Below, in pieces: positions 17,731-28,500 of a stretch of 64,000 nt of DNA. The notes under the pieces were generated by a model. The model worked only from the letters and a program-made list of their open reading frames with translations. It made no database searches and was not told the DNA's origin. Position 1 is the stretch's first letter. Each line of letters starts with the position of its first letter. Position numbers and translations under genes: made by a program. The DNA is from a virus (Duplodnaviria; Caudoviricetes): the IMG/VR virus record IMGVR_UViG_3300011116_001227; one strand, given 5' to 3'.

Positions 17731-19608
17731 TCATATCACGTTCATGTCCAAGCATGTGACAGTCCCGAAGAAATCACTTCGGACCATCTTCTTGCCGTAG
17801 CGAGTCATCACGCCTTTTCTTGGCGTAAAGTCCTCAGGAGCGAAGATGGTGGGTGTCACAATGAGTGGAACGTATGGAGCGTAGACGTAGCCGGTCTCGA
17901 GGTAGGAGCCGCCCTTGTAGCCGACGAGGATCTTGTTACGTGGGAAGTAAGGATCCTTGTAGACTGTGAAGCGGTTAGAAACTGAGCCGATTGCCTCTGC
18001 ACCGATTGTGAATGGAGAAGCGACCTGTCCCTCGCCATCGATAGAAAGCTTTGGCTTGTAGAGGACAGAGCTCTCGAGGATCGTTGCAACATCTGGGCCG
18101 CAGACCATGAAGTTTGCAGAGCCACGGAGTGTCTTGCGGTGAATGGTGTTCGCAACGTCGATGACTGTCTCAACGAGTGTCTCGTACCACTCACGAACTG
18201 TACCGGTGAAGGCTGGTCCGATCTGGAGGCCATCAGCGAGGGCAGAGCGTGCTCCTGTAACCTTGTTAACGAAGCGACCAGGTGAACGTGACCAGTAGTA
18301 GTTAGCGCCGTTTGCCTGTGTGACGAGGTCGTTGAGGATCTCGCGGTCGATCTCGAGAGCAATTTGCTCAGAGAGGATCGAGGTGAGCTCAACCTCTGCG
18401 TCCATCGAGTGATAGGCGTTGAGGTCTTGCGCGAGTTCAGGTGACCAACGTGCGCGGAGCTTGCGGGTCTCAGCTGTCACAGCGATAGACTCGATACGGA
18501 TGTCGATCTCTGGGATAACTGGAGATGGGTTTGATCCGAAGTCAGATTCGAAAGAAGGCACTGTAACTGTGCTGCCAGCTGTGCTGTCAACTGAGAGTGC
18601 AGATGAAACAGCGTATGTTACGTGAGCTGTGGCTGTACCTTGAAGCTGAGATGTGTTTGTTGCTGCAACAAGTGCGAGAAGGTGTGCACCGCCGAGTGGG
18701 TTTGGTGTCCAAACCTTAGAGGTGTTGTTCCAGTCACCGCGCTTGTTGAGGCGACGAAGGTTCTTGATGCCTGTGCCACCTTGGAAAGCCTCGCCCCATG
18801 CGAGTGCGTTGGTGAGACCGCTGTGAACAGCGACCTGATCGATTGCAAGTGCGTCGACGTTTGATCCGAGATCGGAGAGCTTGACAACGACGAATGCAGC
18901 ATCGAGTGTTCCTAGTGCAAGAGCATTCTCGACCTGTGGGTCGAAATCTGCGTAGCGAGCGTTAGATCCGCTGAACATGGAATCAGATGTGATCATTGCA
19001 CCCTCAACCCATGTACCAGCAGCGTTCCAAGAACCTGAAGCGTTTCCTGTTGCTGATGCGTCGTAGGTGAGATCGAGTGTAGAAACTGATCCTGTCACGC
19101 GGCTGTAACCTGCACCAACGAGGTCGTACATACCACCAGCTGCAAGAGATCCAGATTGGACGCCCTTACCACGTGGGTTGTTGTAGATAGATTGACCTGC
19201 GGTGTATGTTGATGTAGAATCTCCGCTGATTTGACCAACGTTTGTTCCGTAGGTGTAATCAAGGTAGAAGATTAGACCTGATGGGAGGCTCATTGGTTGG
19301 ATGGAGACGAGCTCGTTGGCAACGAGGCCACCGAACACGCGGCGGACGATTGGGAATGCGATGTTGCTGAAGCCCTGGATCTGACCGGAAGAAGCAATGT
19401 TTCCGCCGCCAGAAGAAAGAGCTGAGCTCTCCTTGAGGACCTGTGCTGCTTGGTTCTCGAGAAGCTGTGACATCATCTCGCGGCGTTGACCGTCGAGTCC
19501 ACGGAGGAGGCCTGTGCGGCTCCACTTCTCTGTTAAACGGGCGCGCTCTGCACCAACGTGCTTGTCGCGAATGCCCTGTGCTAATTGATCTAAGCTAAAA
19601 TACTTCAT
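17731..19608 (-). CDS. gp23: Major capsid protein (T4 gp23-like), 625 aa
   Basis: FPIVRRVFGGLVANELVSIQPMSLPSGLIFY, AETRKLRARWSPELAQDLNAYH, EIDREIL, YAPYVPL, GVMTRYG. Confidence 0.97.
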   Translation of the reverse strand: MKYFSLDQLAQGIRDKHVGAERARLTEKWSRTGLLRGLDGQRREMMSQLLENQAAQVLKESSALSSGGGNIASSGQIQGFSNIAFPIVRRVFGGLVANELVSIQPMSLPSGLIFYLDYTYGTNVGQISGDSTSTYTAGQSIYNNPRGKGVQSGSLAAGGMYDLVGAGYSRVTGSVSTLDLTYDASATGNASGSWNAAGTWVEGAMITSDSMFSGSNARYADFDPQVENALALGTLDAAFVVVKLSDLGSNVDALAIDQVAVHSGLTNALAWGEAFQGGTGIKNLRRLNKRGDWNNTSKVWTPNPLGGAHLLALVAATNTSQLQGTATAHVTYAVSSALSVDSTAGSTVTVPSFESDFGSNPSPVIPEIDIRIESIAVTAETRKLRARWSPELAQDLNAYHSMDAEVELTSILSEQIALEIDREILNDLVTQANGANYYWSRSPGRFVNKVTGARSALADGLQIGPAFTGTVREWYETLVETVIDVANTIHRKTLRGSANFMVCGPDVATILESSVLYKPKLSIDGEGQVASPFTIGAEAIGSVSNRFTVYKDPYFPRNKILVGYKGGSYLETGYVYAPYVPLIVTPTIFAPEDFTPRKGVMTRYGKKMVRSDFFGTVTCLDMNVI

Positions 19609-19660
19609 TTTAAAAAACTCCTAAAATTCTAAAGTTGGTTTGTTGTTAATAAGTTTCACA

Positions 19661-21568
19661 TCACTTAATGATGCCCGCGAGCTTAGCCCAACGATCAGCT
19701 TCGTAGCCTTCGTTGAGAGTTGTCGCCGCGGGACGCGCGGGACGTGACGAAGAGCCAACAACACTGCGGTTAGTGGACTCAGAAATCTGACGTCCTGTTG
19801 AACCGCCTTGAAGGGTCTTCACCAAGCTCTCGTAAACAAGCTTCACTTCACGAACATTTGATGCCTCGTCCAATCTCTCAATTACTTCGGCCTTCTGGCG
19901 CTTTGTGAGAGACTCGTTCTGGAGAAGCTTGTTTGTGAAAAGCAGCTTCGCGTTGAACAGATTTGTTTCTGCCAACTTTTCGCGGAGTGTTTCGGTTTCC
20001 TCCGCCAACCGTTGTGAACGACCATTTGTGGTCGATTCTTGACGTGCAGTCGCCTCAGCGAGCATGCCGCTTAGTTTTCTAGAACGAGCAACAGACTCAT
20101 TGAATTGTTGCGCGTAATAATTGTATGCTTCCTTCATGCGAGAAGATTGATTCTTTGCTTTCTTCTTTTGATGTTCTGTCTTGCTCATCTTCGCTTGACG
20201 ATCGGCCTTCATGCCTTGCTTCTTTGCTTGAGAAGCCTTCTTCTTTGCCTCAAACTGAAGTCTTGCTTCAGCAGCAAGCTTTCGCTTGATAGACTCAGCT
20301 TGGCGATTTGATTGGACAGCTGGATGTGCATCTCTCTCGGAGCGAACCTTCTTTGTAGGTCGTTCCATGTGCATCTTCTCTCCCATCTCGTCGACCTCGT
20401 CGACCTCGTCGACCTCGTCAACTTCGTCGACTTCGTGTGCGTCAGCTTCATAAGCTTCTTCGGGTATGTCCTTCTCGTCCATCTCATCAACCATCTCGTC
20501 TGTTGCATGAGCATCGGCTTCTGAGAGATCGATGTCGACGAAGGGGTCACCCATGTCTTCATCTTCAAATTCATCAGAAACTTCACCAGGACCGTGGCCC
20601 CAAGCTTGAACGTCTGCCATGTCTGAAGACTCACGAATTGACTTCATTCTGCTAATTTCATTTCTCAGCATGTTCTCGTCGATCTCAACGACTAAATTAC
20701 CCTTGAGCCAGCGAGTTTCAGTTGCGGTTTCTTCAGATTCCTCTTCCTCAGATGGTTCTTCCGCTTCTGGAGCCTCTTCTTCAGCTTCTTCAGCTTCTTC
20801 AGCTTCACCAGCTTCACCAGCAGCCTCTTCATCAGACTCGCCACCTTCGCTTTCGCTTTCGTCTTCGACAAGTTCAATTTCAACTTCTTCGAGGTCGACG
20901 TCATCTGGAAGATTTTTAAGCTTTAATGAGATTTCTGCTTCGTTGAGTGAGATTTTTTTCATAGTGTTCATTTCTTGCTCCATGAGCTTTTTAAGTGTAT
21001 TGTGGCATTCCTTTAATCGTTCAATTAATGACTGTTTAGCAGAAGAATCTTTCTGTTTCTGCAACGCAGAATACGTATTCTCTACTTCGTTAATAGTAGA
21101 AACTAGTCCTACTAGATACATCTTTGTTTCTCTTAAAATTGCACTAGCACCGGCATAGTTCTCAACAACTTTTTCTAAATTGTTCACGATAGATTCAGTG
21201 CTAACAGTAAGTGACTGATCTCCAGGAACTAAAGCCGAAACAGCTTCTGGATCGTCCATGCTAAGATATGGATCTTCAGAAGTTAAATCTAATATAACTT
21301 CTTCTGCATCATCTTCATCTGGCAAAGAAATTGCAGAAGCTATTTGAGGATCCACATTAACGGCGTCTGGCATCTCGCCAGGGACACCATACATGTCGTC
21401 AAAAAGTAATTCATCATCAGCTGCTGTTTCTCCTAAAAGCTGATTCTCGATAAGATCTTTAATTCTTGGTGTAACAGCCTCTAGAATTGCTCTTTTTGCA
21501 TTGTCTTCAGCTATTTCTTTAAGCTTTTTGACATCCGCTAGAGCTTCCTCGTACAATTGCTTGCTCAT
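19661..21568 (-). CDS. Prohead core/scaffolding protein, 635 aa
   Basis: Very acidic low-complexity centre, coiled-coil C-terminus (ETNLFNAKLLFTNKLL, RWAKLAGI), immediately upstream of the capsid gene. Confidence 0.8.
   Translation of the reverse strand: MSKQLYEEALADVKKLKEIAEDNAKRAILEAVTPRIKDLIENQLLGETAADDELLFDDMYGVPGEMPDAVNVDPQIASAISLPDEDDAEEVILDLTSEDPYLSMDDPEAVSALVPGDQSLTVSTESIVNNLEKVVENYAGASAILRETKMYLVGLVSTINEVENTYSALQKQKDSSAKQSLIERLKECHNTLKKLMEQEMNTMKKISLNEAEISLKLKNLPDDVDLEEVEIELVEDESESEGGESDEEAAGEAGEAEEAEEAEEEAPEAEEPSEEEESEETATETRWLKGNLVVEIDENMLRNEISRMKSIRESSDMADVQAWGHGPGEVSDEFEDEDMGDPFVDIDLSEADAHATDEMVDEMDEKDIPEEAYEADAHEVDEVDEVDEVDEVDEMGEKMHMERPTKKVRSERDAHPAVQSNRQAESIKRKLAAEARLQFEAKKKASQAKKQGMKADRQAKMSKTEHQKKKAKNQSSRMKEAYNYYAQQFNESVARSRKLSGMLAEATARQESTTNGRSQRLAEETETLREKLAETNLFNAKLLFTNKLLQNESLTKRQKAEVIERLDEASNVREVKLVYESLVKTLQGGSTGRQISESTNRSVVGSSSRPARPAATTLNEGYEADRWAKLAGIIK
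20388..20432. repeat. 9-bp tandem coding repeat (EVD)n in the scaffold gene
   Basis: TCGTCGACC-type units, about 5 copies, encoding EVDEVDEVDEVDEVD. Confidence 0.8.
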
Positions 21569-21603
21569 TTGAGTCCTTTCAAGTTACCAATATTGTCAAT
21601 AGC

Positions 21604-21610
21604 TAATTAT
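21604..21610 (-). promoter_or_regulatory. Putative late-promoter motif upstream of the scaffold-capsid operon
   Basis: Minus strand ATAATTA about 36 nt upstream of the ATG. Confidence 0.5.
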
Positions 21611-21656
21611 TAGCATTTTTCTCAATTTACGATATTTTCTTAAAAGAGATATCAAA

Positions 21657-22259
21657 TCACGATTTTTTGCTACTTCCTAGTTCAATTTGAGAATCAACAG
21701 ACGACGCTCCGATCAGCGGAGAAGATAAACTTGGCGATACGGTTCCCAGATTTTGTCTGTTTTTATTATCAATAGAAGTAGATGATACGGTAATATTCGG
21801 CTTATAAGTTTTTGCATCTTGTAATGTTGAAGATGCTCTTTCAAAATTAACATCTATCGATCCTAAGACACCGGAAGCACCAGGTGATGCTAAATCGGGC
21901 ATAAAGGCATTTGAAGGATCTCCAGCAACTGATTTAGATGGATCTATAAAATTTTCTGCTGAAGTATCAGGTAATGGGACTGCTGAAGTTCCGACAAAGT
22001 ATCTTGGTTTACTTTTGTTGTCAGTTTGAATTAAAACACCGTCAGTCTTTAATGTCGATACAAACGTCTCAGAAATTGAAGCTGCTGCATTTGAATTGTT
22101 AGTCTCATTAGAAATAGACGTAGATCCATACAACAAACCCTTCTGATCAGTCATGGGACTGCTATTAAAAAGTTTGTGTAGCCTGCTGTATTTACTAGTC
22201 GGGCCAGGAATAGGAATACCAACAAAATCTGTGTATCTACCTTTTCCCGGCCCAGACAT
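21657..22259 (-). CDS. Hypothetical head-region protein, paralog A (MSGPGKGRYT)
   Basis: Shares MSGPGKGRYT, GDPSNAxxPDxxSPGA and NLGTxSP with 22277-22795. Confidence 0.7.
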   Translation of the reverse strand: MSGPGKGRYTDFVGIPIPGPTSKYSRLHKLFNSSPMTDQKGLLYGSTSISNETNNSNAAASISETFVSTLKTDGVLIQTDNKSKPRYFVGTSAVPLPDTSAENFIDPSKSVAGDPSNAFMPDLASPGASGVLGSIDVNFERASSTLQDAKTYKPNITVSSTSIDNKNRQNLGTVSPSLSSPLIGASSVDSQIELGSSKKS

Positions 22260-22276
22260 TATATGAACCTACTATA

Positions 22277-22795
22277 TCAAGCAGAACCTTGTGATTTGCC
22301 TATGGTTAAATCAGTTCCGATTGGAATAGATCCAATTGCTGTAGAAGTTACCACAGGAGACTGAGTGCCTAAATTATTAGCATTTTGTCCTACTGCAGTA
22401 GTTGGCGCTAAATGATTTGGCTTCATTATAGTTGCATCTATCTTTTTAGGACCATGAGGTGCAACATTTACTGCATCTGTTCCTGTAGCTCCTGGAGAGC
22501 TGATGTCTGGAACGTAAGCATTTGATGGATCTCCTGCTATGTTTTTTGTCGTATCAAATGCTTTCGCACCTGAATAGTTCATCTGAACTCCTTGAGGAAA
22601 CATTTGTGCATCTCCCGCGCCTGCGCTTAAAAGATCTTTTGCATTCGTAGCAAGAGTAACAGCATCAACAGGAAACTTTCCTCTGTCGTTAGAAGACTTT
22701 GCGTTGAACAGCGAATATCTAGCATCGTATCGAGCTTTGCTCTTGACATCTAACGGCGTATAGTTGGTGTATCTACCTTTTCCGGGTCCAGACAT
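22277..22795 (-). CDS. Hypothetical head-region protein, paralog B (MSGPGKGRYT)
   Basis: Tandem paralog of 21657-22259; AAGGA RBS. Confidence 0.7.
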   Translation of the reverse strand: MSGPGKGRYTNYTPLDVKSKARYDARYSLFNAKSSNDRGKFPVDAVTLATNAKDLLSAGAGDAQMFPQGVQMNYSGAKAFDTTKNIAGDPSNAYVPDISSPGATGTDAVNVAPHGPKKIDATIMKPNHLAPTTAVGQNANNLGTQSPVVTSTAIGSIPIGTDLTIGKSQGSA

Positions 22796-22837
22796 AAAAT
22801 TTTTCCTTTAGTAAGAATTTAATCGTCTAGAATGAGA

Positions 22838-23074
22838 TCACTTCCAGCTATTCTTCAGCTCAGTAATCTTTTCGAGACGTCGACGAAGACGTGACTCTTC
22901 AATCTTGAGAGCCTTCATAAAATCAATAGAAAGTTCGTGAGCCTTATCAGATCCAAGTTCATCTGCATCGAGCTCAACAGCATCCTTTGCGTGATCCTCT
23001 GTTGACTCCATCTCGCCGAACTTTGAAACTTCTTCTTCAATAATTTGCTTTAGTAACTTGCTTGTTAATTTCAT
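22838..23074 (-). CDS. Small putative head protein with KLTxxxLKQIIEEE motif
   Basis: MKLTSKLLKQIIEEEV; AAGGA RBS and ATATTTA motif upstream. Confidence 0.7.
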   Translation of the reverse strand: MKLTSKLLKQIIEEEVSKFGEMESTEDHAKDAVELDADELGSDKAHELSIDFMKALKIEESRLRRRLEKITELKNSWK

Positions 23075-23128
23075 TTTCGTATCCTTTGACTGTTTTCTTT
23101 TATTAAATATTCGCTAGCTAAAAAAGAA

Positions 23129-23542
23129 TTATTTATTTGGACTATTTGCAAAAGCTAAATTTGCCCATTTTGATGCTGCTTCTTCTCCAAAGATCTCTTC
23201 GGGATCTTTAGACGCAACAATATTTTCTACAATTCCAACTGGACCTAATTTGGTGGGTGCTCCCGATCGATCATTTTCTATCATTGTGGGTAAACTCTTT
23301 GCTGCAGTATCAGCAAGAATTTCTGCCATTATTGGATTTCCACCTGATTCTTGTAGGATTGCTTGATGAAGAGCGGGTGACTCTCTTCTCTTTGTCTGAA
23401 TTTTTTGTTGAGTTTTGTTGATTGATGTCTTAGACGATTCTTGAATTGGAGTTTTTGAAGCAGTTGCACCAATTCCTTCGCTAAGAATTTCTACAAGGCA
23501 TTCTTTGACAATTGATTTTAGATCTGATTTTGTTAATTTCAT
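23129..23542 (-). CDS. Hypothetical protein with KLTxxxLKxIVxE motif
   Basis: Start trimmed to the ATG at 23542 (MKLTKSDLKSIVKECLVEILSEG), after an AAAGGT RBS. Confidence 0.65.
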   Translation of the reverse strand: MKLTKSDLKSIVKECLVEILSEGIGATASKTPIQESSKTSINKTQQKIQTKRRESPALHQAILQESGGNPIMAEILADTAAKSLPTMIENDRSGAPTKLGPVGIVENIVASKDPEEIFGEEAASKWANLAFANSPNK

Positions 23543-23562
23543 CAAATTTACCTTTCTGCTGA

Positions 23563-23991
23563 TCAGCCCACGCCACTCCAACCACCAAGAATTTCTCCAC
23601 CAGTTGATCCCGATAAAGATCCCGTAAGAGGAGGCATCTGTGCGCTTGAAATTGTTGTTAAACCTGCATATAAGCTAAAACTAATAGTATTGCTAGCATC
23701 TGCTCTAACGTAAACTTCTGTAACTCTAGCATCAAGTGTTACTGTGCTTCCAAAATCAACAATAAAGAAATAATTTCCGCCCACACCATTGACACCATTC
23801 GCAGTAAAACCAATGCGTAATTTCTTTGTAGCTGTTTCGTTATTTCTAATAGTAATACTCTTAGACACTCTTGGAAGTGTGTACTTAATAACATCTGTTG
23901 CCGATGTTGATCCTGTAATAACCCATGGTAAAGGTGATACTTGAAACTCTGGTACGCTGAAGAAGCCCGATGAAGGATTGTTTAATGCCAT
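23563..23991 (-). CDS. Hypothetical virion-associated protein, 142 aa
   Basis: Beta-rich ORF in the head gene cluster, GGAG RBS. Confidence 0.6.
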   Translation of the reverse strand: MALNNPSSGFFSVPEFQVSPLPWVITGSTSATDVIKYTLPRVSKSITIRNNETATKKLRIGFTANGVNGVGGNYFFIVDFGSTVTLDARVTEVYVRADASNTISFSLYAGLTTISSAQMPPLTGSLSGSTGGEILGGWSGVG

Positions 23992-24042
23992 TTCTATCTC
24001 CTGATCTCTAGAATATTCTTTTTTATTGTTTCTTAGAAACTA

Positions 24043-24654
24043 TCATCTTTTTAAACTGAGAATATCGTTTAGAATTCTGTCAATTCTATCGGACTTGTTA
24101 AAAGCATTCTTCAGTTCGTGAGGATTTATTGTCTTCCCCTCTGGAAGCATAAATGCGCCAGGAGTTGAAGGTTCAGATACGAAATCCCAGCAGATCAGCT
24201 GAAAATCGTCTTGAACGATATGATAATCACCTTGTTTCTTTGTGGTTCCCACACCTCGAGAAGAAATTCCAAGCTTTACACCAGATTCAATTAGTGACTG
24301 AAGTATCTTTCCTGAAGGTGTGTCAAGAATTTCAACAGTACCGTATACAACTTGTTTATCAATGTGAGCTTCTCTAATAAGATGTGAAGCATTCTTTAAA
24401 TTGACGACAGAGGAATCAGGGTGATCAAGCTCACCAAGTGCTCTATTCTCGACAATAAATTTTTGATAATTTCTAACCTCTCTCTCGAGCACATCAATAG
24501 GATAGATTCTTCCATTTTGATTAAGTGTATCAGCTTTTTGCAAGATACCTTTCATCATCACTTTTCCACCATTTTTGTCGCGAGATTCTTTAATCATCTC
24601 TGGCGTGTAATCAAATATTTCGTAAGAATTTAAGAGCTTAAGATCAGCAGACAT
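24043..24654 (-). CDS. gp21: Prohead (capsid maturation) protease, T4 gp21-like
   Basis: NQNGRIYP, ALGELDHP (catalytic His), GISSRGVG (catalytic Ser), WDFVSEPSTPGAF. Confidence 0.95.
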   Translation of the reverse strand: MSADLKLLNSYEIFDYTPEMIKESRDKNGGKVMMKGILQKADTLNQNGRIYPIDVLEREVRNYQKFIVENRALGELDHPDSSVVNLKNASHLIREAHIDKQVVYGTVEILDTPSGKILQSLIESGVKLGISSRGVGTTKKQGDYHIVQDDFQLICWDFVSEPSTPGAFMLPEGKTINPHELKNAFNKSDRIDRILNDILSLKR

Positions 24655-24657
24655 ACA

Positions 24658-25512
24658 TCACTCCTTTGACTCAAGCTCAGAATTGAGCTTTGAATAAATC
24701 ATAAATTTTGTTATTGTTGAATCATCAACAGTTTCAATGCTCTCTTTCAAAAGTTCTTCTTTTGTTTCAAGAAGCTTTTTAGATAAGTGAGGCAAAGATT
24801 TTGTTTCTTCAGCGTAAGCATCAATGCTGCTTATAAGATTGGTTCGAACTTCTTCTAACTTAGTTCTAAGATGTGTAGAATCATTAGATTCTGTCGAGAG
24901 TGCGTAAGCTTTTATAATACTCTTTTGTTGATCACTCAATCCAGAATATTTTTCATTAAGCTTCTTTGTCATGACAGTCATTAGAAGACGAGAAGTTCCT
25001 GCTGAATCTTCTGAAATTGTATGCTCATTCACTGACTTCTTCGGAGTCAAAAGCCAAGAAACAAGTTGATCTTCATACTCAGCAACTCTAGAAATATCAA
25101 CGTCGTCTGATCTCCACTCATTTATTAGTTGTTGAATAGTAGCACACATTCTGTATTCAGAAATATGTTGGTCATAAAATTCTGAATCGTTAATAGTATG
25201 ATTAATATTTCTGATTAAGAGAGACTTTTCTCTGTTGAGATCTTCAACATTTATTTGAATCGCAGCATCTTTTGCTTCTTTTAGAATTCTTGATGCGACC
25301 TGAGGAGAAGAAACAGATGTTTTGACTAAAGAATTTAAAAGTCTAAACTCTCTATACAAATTTGTTCCTTTTTTAAAGTGTCTTCTTAGTATCTTTAATG
25401 AAACTGAAGACTTTTTCTTGTCGTTTTCGACAAGAGATTTAGAAATAGACGAAACTAAAAACTCATATAACAGTATAGAGTTTCTTTTCTTGTTGTGGTT
25501 CTTGCTCATCAC
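24658..25512 (-). CDS. Conserved hypothetical head-assembly-region protein, 284 aa
   Basis: KNHNKKRNSILLYEFL N-terminus; translationally coupled between the portal and protease genes. Confidence 0.65.
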   Translation of the reverse strand: MMSKNHNKKRNSILLYEFLVSSISKSLVENDKKKSSVSLKILRRHFKKGTNLYREFRLLNSLVKTSVSSPQVASRILKEAKDAAIQINVEDLNREKSLLIRNINHTINDSEFYDQHISEYRMCATIQQLINEWRSDDVDISRVAEYEDQLVSWLLTPKKSVNEHTISEDSAGTSRLLMTVMTKKLNEKYSGLSDQQKSIIKAYALSTESNDSTHLRTKLEEVRTNLISSIDAYAEETKSLPHLSKKLLETKEELLKESIETVDDSTITKFMIYSKLNSELESKE

Positions 25513-28500
25513 TGTAACTCCTCATTGTCACTGTCATCTAATTCGATTCCTGTCACTTCAGACAGTAGGTTTTTTGTTGCAATACTTTTTTGGAATGTTG
25601 GTGAGGATGCCATCTTTTTTAGTGCTGACATCACATCGATTCCTACTCTTGTCCTTGACTCCTTAAACGGATTAGAAAGTGCATTATTTATTCCTTTCAT
25701 ATCGTAAGGATCTGTCATTGCAAGATCATCACTACTCAAAGAATCTTCCCACTTGGGCATGTGAAGTTTTGCTGGTCCTGCGTGACGAATTCTAGCCCTA
25801 TTGCGTCTAATTCTGTCAATTTGACGTTGTGCTTTGACCGGTGTGTCAATATCTTTGAGATTAAATTTAATTGAAAAATCTTCGTCGTCATTATCGGGAT
25901 CATCTGACGAAAGAAGAAGGTCTCGCTTATCACCTTCATCCTCAGGATTATCTCCTGCGAACAGATCTTCTCCACCGCCTTCTTCTCCTCCTGTCTCTTC
26001 TTCGCCTGCTCCACCTTCTCCAGATTCCTCACCTTCAGGTTCAGTTGACGTCTCCTCACCTGATGAGTCTTCTTCTCCTTCGGGTTTTGCGCTTTCAATT
26101 GCTTGATCAACCATCTTTTCTTTAAGACGCTGATCATCAATTTTATCGCACTGTTCGTTGCTTAATCCCCAAATCTCTTTTCTAATAAATTCTTTGCTCA
26201 TCTGACCTTCAGGTGCAGATCCTGCAATTTCAAACTTTGATCTCCAGAGTTCAAGCTTTTGTTGCTGTGCAATAGTAGAAGGATTTGGAAGTCTCAGAAC
26301 GAAATTCTGTAAATCTTCGTCATCGAATCCATGAGAATAAAGATGAATAATTGCAATCTTGTTTAATTCAGCTAGAAGCGTCTTTTGAATTACAGCAATT
26401 GTTCTAGAAAAACGAATGTCTTCTTGAGCTAATGTCGCCTTTGAGCTTAAAGACTCATCGTATCCCAGATATGCTTTTGGAATCTTTAAAGCAGCAAAAA
26501 GCTTCTTTTGAATATAAGCAACGTCTTCAACTGCAGCAGCATTTTGACCACCTGCAAGAGTATCAATTTTAGTACCAGATTCTCCGCCGCGGACTGGAAT
26601 GAAATAGTCTTCATCTACTGAAAGAGGATTATATCGAAGATCAACTCTTCCCGTTGCTCTGTCTATAACTTGACTCGATCTAAGATTCTTTCGCTGTTCT
26701 TCAACATACATTGGAACATTTTCAGGAGGAATGTTAGCTACGTCGATATAAAATACTCTTCGTTCTGGTGCTCGAACGACTCTATACACCAACATTGCAT
26801 CTTCAATAAGAATTAACTGTCTCCAAATTCTTCTTGCAGCTTCGACAATTGAAGAACCGTATGGCAAGAAAGCATCATTACCTAAGAGTCTAAAGTGAAT
26901 TACTTCCCAATTCTCAAGAGTCTTGTTTCCCATCGTGACCCACTTATACCGAATCGCCATGGGGTCATCTGGGTCATAATTTTCTTCTCTAAGAATTTCA
27001 TTAACAGGTATAGGAAAAACATTAATTACTCCGTGCTCAGGAGAGACGTCGCAGTACAGGAAAAAATCTCCGTACTTGACTAAATTTCTTGCCCAAGAAC
27101 GAAGATTAAATTCTACGTTAAGGATATCGTAGAAAAGTTCTTCTAAAACTTCCTTAATCTTTTCATTCTCTGAATGAATATGAAGAACTCGACCTCTCTC
27201 ATCTTGAGCGCATGTCTCATCTGCGTAAATGTCGAGGGCACTCGCAATCTCAGGAGTGTTGTGAGAAATGACTGTGTCTGTAGCGAAGTTCTTATAGCCG
27301 TCGACAGTTAGATCATACAGTGGGATCACACCATGATAGTCGATAGACGCAACTTTAAGATTTTCGTAGTTATGAGAAAATTCAGTGTAGTTTTTATAAC
27401 CTTGTTCGGCAAGTCGCTTAGAAAGAATTGTATCTGTCGTGCCCAAAGACTGAATTAGATCCTTCTTTGACATGCCTTTAGAAAAAATTGAGCATATTCT
27501 GTCAAAGGTAACTGAATGATTATATCGAGGATTATTCTCGCCTTGGTTGCTCCATCCTGCGTTGTGCCAATCTGGGTTGTATGCTTTGGCGAATGTTTGG
27601 AAGTCTTGATATCCGTGTTTTCGTAGTTTACGTTTGATTACATTGGGATCGGTATCAAGAACTTCGCACATCTTTCGAGAATTGAAGTTTGTTCTTTCGG
27701 CAACTTCTAAAATTCGACCGAATGTGATGTCCTTCCGCTCGGCAGGATTGTTCTCGGACATGAACTTAGAATGATTGATCTTGAACTGTTGAATCCAGTC
27801 AGAATTTTGTTCAGACCATTTAGCACCGTTGAGAATCTCTGCATGAAGCTTTTGATGAGCTTCACTTGTCATCACCTGGAGATTTTCGGGTCTATTGTCG
27901 TATTTGATGAAATTTTTGTGGTGAACGACTTCGTCGTTTGTCAAAGGAGAACCTTTTATCATTTCTCCGACGACTCGATGCTCAGATACCCATCCATTCA
28001 TCTTCGACCGTCGATCCATTGTGTAGATCCAACGATAACCTTCACCTTCTTCTTTGCAGCCGTTAAAAAGATCCCGACGATAGAATGGCATCATTGCATC
28101 GCCAGCTTTAAGATCTTCAATCTTGCAGAAGGTTCCATCGCGCTTCATGAGTCGATGGTTAGGAGTTCCGATGATCTTCTGCCCGTTGTCGAAAGTAACT
28201 GTGTAAGCGTGATCGGTTCGGGTTTGTCGAGCTTGTTTACCCCAAGCTGGAATAATTCTTCCTAAGTTATGATCATAAGAATAGACTAGGAATGTTTTGT
28301 CTGGGTCTGAAGAGCATTCTTCAGCAAGATCTTTAATTTTCTTATAACCGTCAGGTACTGCGATTAGAGTATCTCCATGAAGACAGTACTCCATCTCAAC
28401 GAAATCCTGGTACCTCATCATTCTCTCTGAGAGGTTATATGCATTTGCTGTGATAGTTGTGTATGTAGGAGCTACGCTTTTTTGGAAAAGAAGCGTACCA

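Noticed and set aside
20388-20432. Short tandem repeats as a possible CRISPR array
   Set aside because: 9-bp units without spacers, in frame, encoding EVD repeats of the scaffold; no cas genes or spacer-repeat pattern seen anywhere in the window.
20619-21158. 179-aa Ser-rich plus-strand ORF and similar ones (25834-26106, 3165-3584, 17856-18392)
   Set aside because: Antisense or off-frame shadows of acidic or biased coding regions in well-supported genes; no RBS or motifs.
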